A stretch of DNA of 64,000 nucleotides from Kiritimatiellia bacterium. GTDB lineage: Bacteria; Verrucomicrobiota; Kiritimatiellia; WLWN01. Both the position numbers and the translations under genes were made by a program. The stretch covers positions 1,484,538 to 1,548,537 of the forward strand of contig WLWN01000001.1 in the NCBI GenBank assembly GCA_012103575.1, written 5' to 3'. Of the stretch, positions 39,379 through 49,047 are shown piece by piece (within the stretch, counting starts at the first letter, position 1; every line of letters starts with the position of its first letter). A model generated the notes under the pieces. It was not told where the DNA came from, ran no database searches, and saw only the letters and a list, made by a program, of their open reading frames with translations.

Positions 39379-40820
39379 CTATGCGAAGGAATGGGCAATA
39401 TCTTGTATCACTTCAAACCAGCGATAACGCTTGCCAAAGTGAAGTTCAATTCGTCCGGCGTGGCGGACCAATCGAACCGCGCAATAAACGATATTTTTGA
39501 GAACCGTTTTGATTCGCCAGCACGGGATGTTGATTTTCTGCGGGGCAAGCCCAGCCCGTTTGATGACCTCTTGGCCAAGACCGCGCAATAGGTTGAAGGC
39601 CACCATGGCGCATAACAGAATAATCTTATTGGCACAGGGTCTCCCCGAAGGCAATCGCTCAACATCAAGATCGCTTTTGAGTTCACTGTGGTACTGCTCG
39701 CTGGGGCCATGTCCATGATAGAGATCTAGCACCGTCTTGGCACGACAAGAGAGGTTCGTCCACCAGGTGTTCACCTCAAGTTTAGGAACCAGAAGTTTCT
39801 GACCATCGATATCGATGGTGCGTTCAATCACTTCGAAGGCCACCGGGACACAAGGGCGGTTTTGGTCACCACCGGGATGGAAATGATCGAAAAAGCCTGT
39901 GTAAACGTTCTTGCCTTCACGACTGTCTTGTTTGTCTCCAACTCGGCGTGCAAGGGCCAGCATTTGTTCAGGACATTCGCGGCGAGGATTTCGCTTTACG
40001 ATAAAATAATGATCCCCAAAAGCGTCGAAGTTATCGGCCGCAGCGTTGCCACTATCAAGCCGAAGCAAACATTTTCCACCTAGGCCCAGGGTTTGGAGCG
40101 TTTCAACGCTGCGGGCAATAAACGCGGTCGTTCCCGACTGACAATGTTGTTTACCGGGTCGAAGTTCGCACTCAAGCATGTGGCCTTGAGTGCCCACATA
40201 GGCAAATATCGGGGCGTAACCATCATGGCCCTTCTAGGTGTAGGAAACGCCTTCTTTCGAAGAGCCTGAGTGATCCAAAGGGCTCACATCGATATCGACG
40301 GGAACAAGATCAAGCCCTTCGACATCTACCTAGCCAAAGGGGCCCAAGGAAAGAAGTTCGGTGTTGAGTTTGCGTAGCCCCACATGGGTTCTGGCTGGGG
40401 GCAGGTCGTCGAAACGACGTCGGAACACCGGCTCAGAGGCTACCCTTTTTAACTCCCCTTTTTAAGTCCAAAGGCATTCATAAAAATCTCATCACCCCGG
40501 TACAGGTCGATATCATTGAAATCGGTTCGACCGTTGCAAAGTAAGCCGATCTGGGTAAGGAGGATCTCCCGATCAGAGATCGCATCGGAGCGGCGTGGTT
40601 GAAAATTGGAGGGAAGAATCCGTTGAGCATGATCCTCAAGCAGCAGGCCGCAAAGATGATTTCCGCTTGTGCTGTTGAGTTCGCCCTTGCCAGTCTTTAT
40701 TTTATATTGTTTCATATACACACCTGTTGGGGTGGGGTTGTTTGTTTGAATACGGGTATGCTCCCCGCTTTAGCCCAACAGGTAATGAAAAATTATCAGA
40801 TTTTATCTGACGGATTCAGG
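39379..40820 (-). mobile_element. Degraded IS1380-family insertion sequence; transposase broken into at least three pieces
   Basis: 272-aa ORF 39379-40197 ('RLDSGNAAADNFDAFGDHYFIVKR', 'DLYHGHGPSEQYHSELKSD...ANKIILLCAMVAFNLLRGLG') resembles the ISEcp1-type DDE transposase middle and C-terminus. In-frame TAG at 40234-40236. N-terminal fragment ORF 40449-40721 ('LCNGRTDFNDIDLYRGDEIFMNAFGL'). Terminal IR 'CCTGAATCCGTCAGATAAAA' reads inward from 40820 and matches the MITE terminus CCTGGATCCGTCAG. Confidence 0.7.
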
Positions 40821-40984
40821 TTAATCACTAAACTGGCTGTTCCCTAAAAAGGTTTCTTAGGAGGATAAAGCTCTAACGCACCTCACACCGCTACTACCAA
40901 CGCTTGTAAACACCTAAAATTCAGTTTCACATTTCATGGATAAATAGATATGTTATCGCTCGCAAATGCGTATAGTTTAGTGAA

Positions 40985-42412
40985 ATGAATTTTAAAGATT
41001 ATGAAGTCGGAAATTTTTATGATGAGATGTTTGAGTCTAATCAAACGGCACGCACGTGCGCTCAACTTCTGACGAAGAAAATTGAATCATTACCGCCGGG
41101 CGAACTTAAACGACGGCAAGCCGCCGCAGAACGTTCTCTATACAGCATGGGCATTACGTTTAATGTATATGGAGAAGAAGCAGAGCGGGAAAAAATATGG
41201 CCTTTTGATGTCATACCCCACGTCATTGAATCCACTGAGTGGAATCGGATTGAAAAAGGTTTGAAACAAAGGATACAAACTTTAAACCTTTTCCTTGATG
41301 ATGTTTATAACGATCAAAAAATAATAAAGGACAAGGTTATTCCAGAAGAGATCATCCGATCCTCTTCAGGTTTTCTAGAAGCATGCATCGGTCTAAAACC
41401 GCCCCACGGAATCTGGCCGCATATTACTGGAACAGACTTAATTCGGGATCAAGAGGGTCAACTGTATGTGCTAGAAGACAATATGCGCGTTCCATCGGGA
41501 GTCTCCTATGTACTCGCCAATCGCAATCTGATGAAGCGTACGTTTCCAGAAGTGTTCAACACCTTAAACGTGAAACGTATTAATGATTATCCAACTCACT
41601 TACTTGACATGCTATCCGGTATCGCCCCACCCCATCATGATAATCCACAAGTGGCTCTTTTAACACCCGGCATCCACAACTCCGCCTATTTCGAACACAC
41701 GTTTTTAGCACAGCAGATAGGAGCTGAACTCGTAGAAGGCCGTGATCTTGTAGTTTCGGATGGGTATGTATCTATGCGTACAACACACGGACTCCAACGT
41801 GTGGATATGATTTATCGTCGTATTGATGATTTATTTTTAGATCCTAACGTGTTCCACAAACATTCAACATTAGGCGCGGCCGGATTAATGGACGCCTACC
41901 GAGCAGGCCGTGTAGCCATCGCCAATGCCCCTGGAACAGGTGTTGCTGATGATAAAGTCATATATGCGTTTGTTCCTCAAATGATTAAGTATTATCTCGA
42001 TCAAGAATCGCTTATACCCAATGTCCCAACGTATATATGTGCCGATGAAAAGAGCTTGGCATATACCCTTTCGAATTTAGATACACTGGTCGTTAAACCC
42101 GCTAGCGAAGCAGGAGGGTATGGGATGTTAGTAGGGCCCCCTTCTTCGAAAAAAGAACAAGAAAAGTTCGCGGATAAAATTAAAAAGAATCCTCGAAATT
42201 ATATTGCCCAACCCACGATCGCGCTTTCCCGAGCCCCTGTTATTGTCGACGATCATTTTGAAGGTCGTCATGTGGATCTCCGACCTTTGATTCTGTACGG
42301 AAAAGATATTTATGTCCTGCCGGGGGGACTAACCCGAGTCGCTTTACCCAAAGATTCACTCGTTGTAAACTCTTCGCAAGGGGGAGGCAGCAAAGATACA
42401 TGGGTGGTGTGA
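40985..42412 (+). CDS. Circularly permuted ATP-grasp type 2 protein (Anbu-operon gene 1)
   Basis: 475 aa. The family-typical gene order with alpha-E, Anbu and transglutaminase follows. Confidence 0.85.
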   Translation: MNFKDYEVGNFYDEMFESNQTARTCAQLLTKKIESLPPGELKRRQAAAERSLYSMGITFNVYGEEAEREKIWPFDVIPHVIESTEWNRIEKGLKQRIQTLNLFLDDVYNDQKIIKDKVIPEEIIRSSSGFLEACIGLKPPHGIWPHITGTDLIRDQEGQLYVLEDNMRVPSGVSYVLANRNLMKRTFPEVFNTLNVKRINDYPTHLLDMLSGIAPPHHDNPQVALLTPGIHNSAYFEHTFLAQQIGAELVEGRDLVVSDGYVSMRTTHGLQRVDMIYRRIDDLFLDPNVFHKHSTLGAAGLMDAYRAGRVAIANAPGTGVADDKVIYAFVPQMIKYYLDQESLIPNVPTYICADEKSLAYTLSNLDTLVVKPASEAGGYGMLVGPPSSKKEQEKFADKIKKNPRNYIAQPTIALSRAPVIVDDHFEGRHVDLRPLILYGKDIYVLPGGLTRVALPKDSLVVNSSQGGGSKDTWVV

Positions 42413-42510
42413 GAAGAGAAGAGTCAAAGGTCGAAAGTCGTAAAGTCGAAAGTCATAAAGAGAAAGAACAGTCTTGGCCTTAACGACCTTCGACTTTCGA
42501 CCAACAAAAG
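42410..42510 (+). repeat. Palindromic GTCGAAAG repeat element (copy R-c) with a 12-bp perfect stem
   Basis: 'TGAGAAGAGAAGAGTCAAAGGTCGAAAGTCGtaaagtcgaaagtcataaag...CGACTTTCGACC'. GGTCGAAAGTCG (42428-42439) pairs with CGACTTTCGACC (42491-42502). Begins at the stop codon of the ATP-grasp gene. Confidence 0.6.
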
Positions 42511-42524
42511 AAAGGAAAGATGTT

Positions 42525-42869
42525 GTGTCTAACGTTGAAACATTTGAAGATTTAAGAATTTGGCAAGAGGCTCGGGGTCTAGTAAAAGAAATATATTCAG
42601 ACGTTGGAAGAGGCACACCTGCTGGTACTGATTATGGATTTATAAGCCAAATTCAACGAGCCGGCATCTCTATCATGAACAATATCGCTGAAGGTTTCGA
42701 ACGGTCATCTGATGCTGATTTTCTAGATCTCTTGATATTTCAAAGGGGTCATGTGGAGAGGTTCGAAGCATGTACTACCCGGCAGAAGATCTGGGATATA
42801 TTACAACCGATATTGCACATCAACGACGTGATAAAGCGAAACAAATCGCGAGAGGAGTGGCATCATTAA
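42525..42869 (+). CDS. Four-helix-bundle protein (TIGR02436 / 23S rRNA intervening-sequence protein family)
   Basis: 'FEDLRIWQEARGLVKEIY...ISQIQRAGISIMNNIAEGFERSSDADFLDLL' fits the family consensus. GTG start at 42525 preceded by SD AAGGAAAG. Flanked by repeats R-c and R-d. Interrupts the ATP-grasp to alpha-E adjacency. Confidence 0.8.
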   Translation: MSNVETFEDLRIWQEARGLVKEIYSDVGRGTPAGTDYGFISQIQRAGISIMNNIAEGFERSSDADFLDLLIFQRGHVERFEACTTRQKIWDILQPILHINDVIKRNKSREEWHH

Positions 42870-42877
42870 CCCATCAT

Positions 42878-42995
42878 CTCAGACCTTGAAGACAGAGAGT
42901 CAAAAGTCGAAAGGTCTAAAGTCGAAGGAAGGAGAAAATTCTTTCTCTTATCGGCCTTGGACTTTCGACTTTCAGACCTTCGACCAAAAAGCTCC
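42878..42995 (+). repeat. Palindromic GTCGAAAG repeat element (copy R-d)
   Basis: 'agtcaaaagtcgaaaggtctaaagtcgaagg ... ccttggactttcgactttcagaccttcgacc' forms an imperfect ~18-bp stem hairpin between the four-helix-bundle gene stop and the alpha-E start. Confidence 0.6.
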
Positions 42996-42998
42996 CCC

Positions 42999-43935
42999 AT
43001 GCTAAGTCGAGTTGCAAATGCTATATACTGGATGAGCCGATATGTTGAGCGGGCCGCCAACATCGCACGCTTCATTGAAGTAAATTGGTACCTGATGCTA
43101 GATTTACCCACGGAAACCCGAGAACAATGGAAACCGCTTGTCGACGTCACGGGCGATGGAGATGTATTTAAAGAAAAATACAAAACACCGACCCGCGAAC
43201 ATGTCATCTCTTTTCTCACCTTTGAGACCTCATATGCACACTCCGTTATTTCATGTATTCAATCCGCTCGAGAAAATGCATTGGCTGTACGTGACAGAAT
43301 TTCACCTGAAATGTGGGAGCATATGAACGCTCTTTATCATCTTCTCACGGATGCATCAAAAAATGCCTATAGGCATAACGAAAACCCCGAATTTTATAAC
43401 CAGATTAAGATAGCGGGCATGTTGATGGGCGGCATTGCTCATGACACCATGAACCATGATGAAGGATGGCACTTCTTTCGATTAAGACGACAGCTCGAAC
43501 GCGCGGATAAAACGTCGCGGATGCTCGATGTAAAATACTTTATCCTTCTTCCCAGTATAGACTACGTAGGAACCCCCTACGATGATGTACAATGGGCCGC
43601 CCCTCCAATCTGTAAGTGGTCTAGAAAGTTATCGGCAACGATACGGACGCATTGCTCCAGATCGCATTGTACAAATGCTTCTTTTAGATCGAACGTTCCC
43701 CCGTTCCGCTCAGAACTGTCTGATCGCCACGGAAAATTCTCTACGGGTTATATCAAGCACGCCTATAGGAACGTTCCAAAATGAAGCCGAACAACACTTA
43801 GGGCAATTATGCTCAGAATTAATGTATACGGACGTGAGCCAAATCTTTGAAATCGGTGTCCATGAATTTGTTATTGGCCTTCAAGCAAAGATCAATTTGG
43901 CAAATAACGCTATTTTTGATACCTTCTTCGCATAA
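42999..43935 (+). pseudogene. Alpha-E domain protein (Anbu-operon gene 2), frameshifted
   Basis: Starts 'MLSRVANAIYWMSRYVERAANIARFIEVN' (ATG 42999). Frame 1 becomes junk ('CKWSRKLSATIRTHCSRSHC') after 'DDVQWAA'. The family-like C-terminus 'LQSVSGLESYRQRYGRIAPDRIVQMLLLDRTFPRSAQNCL...' continues in the +1 frame. The shift is at a C4 tract, 43600-43603. Confidence 0.7.
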
Positions 43936-43964
43936 CCAACATCTAGATCAACAGGAGCAAATGA

Positions 43965-44703
43965 ATGACATTTTGTTTAGGCATTCGGGTAAAAGAAGGA
44001 TTAGTGAGGATTGCAGATACACGCGTTGTTTCCGGCAGCGAATGTATCACAGCTCGAAAGGCCATCTCATATCATATTGATGAAGGCGCGTTTTTTGTGA
44101 TGTCTTCAGGATTGAGATCGGTACGTGATAAAACATTAACCTACTTTTCCGAAGTCGTTGAAGAGCCTGACCAACCTTTTGATCGTCTTTTCAAAGTGGT
44201 CAATACATGGGCGAATCAAATTCGTCGCGTTGCTGAAGAAGACAAAAAAATACTTGAAGAAAGTGGGATGCATTTTAATACACACGCGCTTGTAGGCGGA
44301 CAATTATCCGGAGATAAAGAACACAAAGCTCTACCTCATTTGTCTGGAAGCAAACTGGGTAGAGATCGGGCCTGGAACCCCTTACGGCATCATTGGTTCA
44401 GGGCAGTATGGGAAACCTGTACTAGACCGCACCCTGAAATTTGACGACCCTATGCATCACGCGTTTAAAGTCGGAAGCCTAGCCTTTGACTCAACACAGA
44501 TTAGTGCAGCCGACGTCGACTTCCCGATCGACACGATTATGTATCTGAAGGATTCCAATTATATTGTTGAGCATCGATATGAAAAATCAGACCTCCAAGA
44601 AATATTAACATGGTGGCAAGAACATTTACGAGATGGCATTGGGAATTTGCCCTCGAGTTGGATCAATCCACTCTACGAAAAGCTTCCGGGCCGTCAACCA
44701 TGA
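43965..44703 (+). pseudogene. Anbu (ancestral beta-subunit, proteasome homologue), frameshifted
   Basis: N-terminus 'MTFCLGIRVKEGLVRIADTRVVSG' is Ntn-hydrolase/Anbu-like. After '...VGGQLSGDKEHK' the conserved continuation 'LYLICLEANWVEIGPGTPYGIIGSGQYGKPVLDRTLKFDDPMHHAFKVGSLAFDST' is in the +1 frame (shift near 44326-44332). Stop TGA overlaps the transglutaminase ATG. Confidence 0.7.
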
Positions 44704-45551
44704 AATATCAAATCCACCATCAAACCCATTATACCTACAGTAAACCTGTATTCCTTGAACCTCATATCGTGCGGTTAAAGCCCCCCTCCAATGGATCTCA
44801 ACAACGTGTTGATTACACCCTCGACGTGATACCCTCGCCGGCCGGTATGTCTGAAGGAGACGATCCGAGCGGGAACGATTTTACAAAAATTTGGTTTGAT
44901 GAGTTTCACGAAACACTGGAACTCAGCACATCTGTCATGGTTGAGACAAGTCGAAACAATCCTTTCGACTACCTGCCTGAACCGTATGCAAGCATCATCC
45001 CCATCCAGTTTGAGCATGACGAATTAGATCACCTGAACCCTTTTTTAAAAAGGCCTGTGACCTCTGATTTAGATCCCGTCGAAGCGTTGGCTGAAAGACT
45101 CGCCATCAAAGTGGAACACGAAACGCTTATATTCTTAGATGTGCTCAATAGACACTTATATGACACTACGAAAGTCATTGTACGTGAAGAAGGAGCGCCC
45201 CACCCTCCCTCCAAAACCCTCGAATCTCGAGAAGGTGCGTGTCGGGATTTAACCGTTTTATTTATAGATGCCTGTCGATCTTTAGGTATTCCTGCTCGAT
45301 ACGTTAGCGGCTACCAAGAAAGAGACTCCAATCAAACCCTTCGCTATCTTCATGCATGGGCTGAAGTCTATATACCGGGTGGAGGTTGGCGGGGGTATGA
45401 CCCCACACAAGGCTTAGTCGTTGCAGATCGGCACATCACCTTAACCGCAACCCCTGAACCCGCCGAGACACTCCCCGTTCAAGGGACTTTTAGAGGCACT
45501 CAAGCAACCAGTCATATGGTTGCCTCTACTCAACTTATATGCATTTCTTAA
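44700..45551 (+). CDS. Transglutaminase-like cysteine protease family protein (Anbu-operon gene 4)
   Basis: Starts 'MKYQIHHQTHYTYSKPV' (ATG 44700, ATGA overlap with Anbu). Core motif 'REGACRDLTVLFIDACRSLGIPARYVSGY'. Confidence 0.8.
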   Translation: MKYQIHHQTHYTYSKPVFLEPHIVRLKPPSNGSQQRVDYTLDVIPSPAGMSEGDDPSGNDFTKIWFDEFHETLELSTSVMVETSRNNPFDYLPEPYASIIPIQFEHDELDHLNPFLKRPVTSDLDPVEALAERLAIKVEHETLIFLDVLNRHLYDTTKVIVREEGAPHPPSKTLESREGACRDLTVLFIDACRSLGIPARYVSGYQERDSNQTLRYLHAWAEVYIPGGGWRGYDPTQGLVVADRHITLTATPEPAETLPVQGTFRGTQATSHMVASTQLICIS

Positions 45552-46750
45552 ACCCAGATAATATAGCTAGGCTCGGGAATAGTCTTTTCTGGTCTCATAT
45601 CGTTGTCCACTTTGATGAGATCGCTTTAAAAGGTGGCAATCGACAACCGTTTACATATCGGCTTTGGAAAAACATTACACTCGCTTTAACTCCTTTTGCC
45701 CCCAAATTTGATAAATTTCATGATCGCTTAGTCATCGTCCCGGCTTCACCAGACCATATTTCACCTATCCTGACAGCCACCGCCCAACTATTTGGCGTAG
45801 CCTACACCATCCCCATCAAAAGACTCGAACTGTCTATCGAAGCTATGAGTCAGGCCGGCGTCAAACTATATAAAACTCTCGCAAAACCTAATGATTCATT
45901 TCGGGTCACCGTAAAAAGAGTGCATAAAAAATTTCCCATGACCTCAACAGAAATACAGCAACAAATAGGTCATGATCTCCAACAAGCAACACACGCTCCG
46001 GTTGATTTACATCAACCAGACATAACGCTCTTTTTTCGCATGTATAAGGATTATGTTTATCTCGAAGGCCCACGATGTCTCGGACCCGGTGGACTCCCTG
46101 TCGGCACAGCCGGAAGCGTGCTCACGCTCTTTTCCGGCGGCATTGATTCACCTGCTGCTGCTTGGCTCATTATGCGACGTGGGTGCATAACGCACTTTGT
46201 CCACTTTCATGTATTTTCCAACGCTGAATCTGTTCGCGAAACCAAAATACCTGCGCTCATAAGGAAGGTGCTGAATCCTCATAGATTAACCGCAAAATTA
46301 TTCCTCGTTCCCTATCATCCATTTTCATTCGAATGTTTGAAGACACACATCCCTGAACGTCTTGAACTAGCCTTTTTTCGACGTTTTATGATGCGAACCG
46401 CTGATGCGTTAGCCGAAAGAGAAAAGCTTAGTGCACTCATCACTGGAGACAATTTATCTCAAGTCGCTTCTCAAACCATTGAAAATCTAACGGCACTTGA
46501 AGGCACCTTTACACGGCCCGTATTTCGACCTTTGCTAACCTATAACAAGCCTGAAATCATCCAACTAACCAAACGCATTGACACCTATGAACAATCAACG
46601 ACCCCCTATAAAGATTGTTGCTCACTGGTGACCAAACATCCACATACGAAACCTAAACAGGAAAAAGTACTCGAAGCAGAATCTTCTCTCGATACAAAGA
46701 AGATGACAGAACAAGCGTTAGATGAAACGGTTATATGGACAATAGAATAG
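45539..46750 (+). CDS. thiI: tRNA 4-thiouridine synthase ThiI (THUMP + PP-loop ATPase)
   Basis: PP-loop 'LFSGGIDSPAAAW' and conserved C-terminal 'PYKDCCSL'. 403 aa. Confidence 0.8.
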   Translation: MHFLNPDNIARLGNSLFWSHIVVHFDEIALKGGNRQPFTYRLWKNITLALTPFAPKFDKFHDRLVIVPASPDHISPILTATAQLFGVAYTIPIKRLELSIEAMSQAGVKLYKTLAKPNDSFRVTVKRVHKKFPMTSTEIQQQIGHDLQQATHAPVDLHQPDITLFFRMYKDYVYLEGPRCLGPGGLPVGTAGSVLTLFSGGIDSPAAAWLIMRRGCITHFVHFHVFSNAESVRETKIPALIRKVLNPHRLTAKLFLVPYHPFSFECLKTHIPERLELAFFRRFMMRTADALAEREKLSALITGDNLSQVASQTIENLTALEGTFTRPVFRPLLTYNKPEIIQLTKRIDTYEQSTTPYKDCCSLVTKHPHTKPKQEKVLEAESSLDTKKMTEQALDETVIWTIE

Positions 46751-47598
46751 CTGTGTTCCCTTCATTTCACATTGGAAAAGTTATAGGTATACCCATTAAG
46801 GTGCATATCACCTTGCTGGTTCTATTCCCTTTTTTTGTATTGCGAATCACCGAGGTCAGTGAAGCATTGACTCTTTTCTGGTCTTTTCTCTCCGTGATAG
46901 GACTTTTTGCTAGCATCACATTACACGAGTTAGGCCATGCCTATGTAGCGATTCGAAAACGGTTAAGAGTTCGTCAAATTCTGCTGCTGCCCATAGGAGG
47001 CATCGCACAACTCGAAGGCATGCCAATACAACCGAAAGATGAATTTCAGATCGCGATCGCAGGTCCAGCCGTCAGCTTTGTGCTCGCGCTAGGAGCCTAT
47101 CTTTTAGCCAATGGAGCTTTTATGCTAGGATTTCCTGACGCCCCCGTACTTTTTTTATTGGTTTTATCTACGACCAATGCAGCGCTCGCACTATTCAACT
47201 TGATCCCTTCCTTTCCCATGGATGGCGGCCGTATTTTTCGTGCATGGATGACCCCCCGCGTGGGTAGACTAGAGGCCACACGGATCGCTAGTAAAATAGG
47301 TCGAATCATAGCGATTGGGTTTGGTCTTATAGCGCTCTTTCAATTCAATTTTATTTTAGGTGCGATAGCCCTCTTTATTTATTATACCGCTCAATCGGAA
47401 TATCGAACAGTCCGCGCTCAAGAAACGTATACCCCATATACTTCCTCACCGTTCCATACGACCCGGTTTTCAAAAGAGGATAACGATGAAGTTACTGTCA
47501 GCCCGCCTCCGTACGAACGCAAAGACAATGAACCAAGATCTAAGAAAGCAACGCGTATCCGACGGAACCTTTTTAATGACCTCTTTGGAGGAAGGTAG
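46735..47598 (+). CDS. Site-2 protease family (M50) membrane metalloprotease
   Basis: 'HELGHAYVA' HExxH inside a TM helix and the second motif 'NLIPSFPMDGGRIF'. Confidence 0.75.
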   Translation: MDNRIAVFPSFHIGKVIGIPIKVHITLLVLFPFFVLRITEVSEALTLFWSFLSVIGLFASITLHELGHAYVAIRKRLRVRQILLLPIGGIAQLEGMPIQPKDEFQIAIAGPAVSFVLALGAYLLANGAFMLGFPDAPVLFLLVLSTTNAALALFNLIPSFPMDGGRIFRAWMTPRVGRLEATRIASKIGRIIAIGFGLIALFQFNFILGAIALFIYYTAQSEYRTVRAQETYTPYTSSPFHTTRFSKEDNDEVTVSPPPYERKDNEPRSKKATRIRRNLFNDLFGGR

Positions 47599-47955
47599 TT
47601 ATCGGCTGTCTGGTATTCGTGGGTCATAAAGAGGAACCTCTGGAGAACCTTCTTCATGTAACAATCCTTCTTCTGCATGGATCACCTTTAACAACATCGA
47701 CCGGGCCATAAAGAACCAAACCATCACCACCACAAAGAAGCTAAGAAACAATAGAAACTTCCTCTTTGCGGGCACCTTTCTTTTCACCGAAGCTCTTTGT
47801 CGGGGGACAGGCTCCACTTTTAAAGGGGGAACAGACGGGTTCACTGAAACCGATTCAGAAACCCGTGAGGATTCTTTCGTTTCTGCTCTGCGGGGCTTTG
47901 AAAAAGATCGAAACTGCTTTGCTTTCGGATCGTGTATAAAGTTGTCTTTATTCAT
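47599..47955 (-). CDS. Hypothetical single-TM protein
   Basis: 118 aa with one hydrophobic helix 'FLLFLSFFVVVMVWFFMA'. Its stop abuts the M50 stop (convergent). Weak support. Confidence 0.3.
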   Translation of the reverse strand: MNKDNFIHDPKAKQFRSFSKPRRAETKESSRVSESVSVNPSVPPLKVEPVPRQRASVKRKVPAKRKFLLFLSFFVVVMVWFFMARSMLLKVIHAEEGLLHEEGSPEVPLYDPRIPDSR

Positions 47956-48010
47956 GAAGAGAACTATAATGATTTAAATTACATTATCAACCTAGATCCG
48001 GCATCCAGCT

Positions 48011-49038
48011 ATGGTAACGCAAAATTCATCAGATTCCCTGTGGGCAAACCGATCCGACGAAGAACTGCTCAAGATACGAATATGCGATTTTAACCTTGAG
48101 ATTGAAGGATCCGAACTAGCGCCCCGTATCGACAAATTATATAAAGAACTTGAATCAAAAGGGATCTTTTTCAAACCTACCTGTTACCTGACAACGGAAT
48201 GGTTATGCCCAGATAAGATCCCCATGATTGGTATTCCATTTTGCCTGGCCCATCCACGATTAAAACAACTCGAAAGAAATATGATGCTTGAAGTTGAGGG
48301 GGGAACCGAAACAACCTGCATCCAACTTTTGCGCCATGAAATGGGCCACGCTATAAACTATGCATATCGACTCTATCGGCGTACACGTTGGCGGGAATTA
48401 TTTGGCCCTTTTTCAACTGAATACAATGAACATAACTATTACTCAAGGCCGTATAGCAAACAGTATGTCCTTCATTTACCCGATAACTATGCCCAAGCTC
48501 ATCCCGATGAAGATTTTGCCGAAACGTTTTCTGTATGGCTTACACCGAATCTTGATTGGCAAAAAAATATAAAGGATGGGGCGCGATAAAAAAGCTAGAA
48601 TACGTCAACCATCTCATGAAACAGATAGGTTCAACATCACCTCTGGTCACCCGAGGACAGAAATTATGGGCTATTCATCGACTACGATCCACACTGGCTA
48701 CCTATTATAAAAAGAAACGAGAGGAATTTGCCGAAACCTACGCAGGGTACTATGATCCCGATCTACTCAAAATATTCGCCCCTGAACCTAAAGAAACACA
48801 CGTAAAGGCTGACCGTTTTCTCCGCCAGCACCAACGTATTCTCACCGATACCGTTGCCCAATGGGCGCATGCAAGAAAATATGCTATTGACCATTTAGTA
48901 CGTCGCTTAGCAAACCGATCCAAAGAACTATCGCTCTACATTAAAGGGGAAGAGAAAGAGACGCTTCTACACATTGGCGTTTATTTAACAACCTTAATAT
49001 GTGAACAAAGAGATGTGAAAGCTCAACACAATCCATAG
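48011..49038 (+). pseudogene. Putative zinc-binding metallopeptidase (HExxH), frameshifted at an A7 tract
   Basis: 'LLRHEMGHAINYAY' zinc motif. First frame ends '...DWQKNIKDGAR*'. Downstream ORF 48556-49038 continues in the +1 frame. An A8 in place of the A7 at 48561-48567 would fuse them ('DWQKKYKGWGAIKK...'). Confidence 0.6.
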
Positions 49039-49047
49039 CTAGTACGC

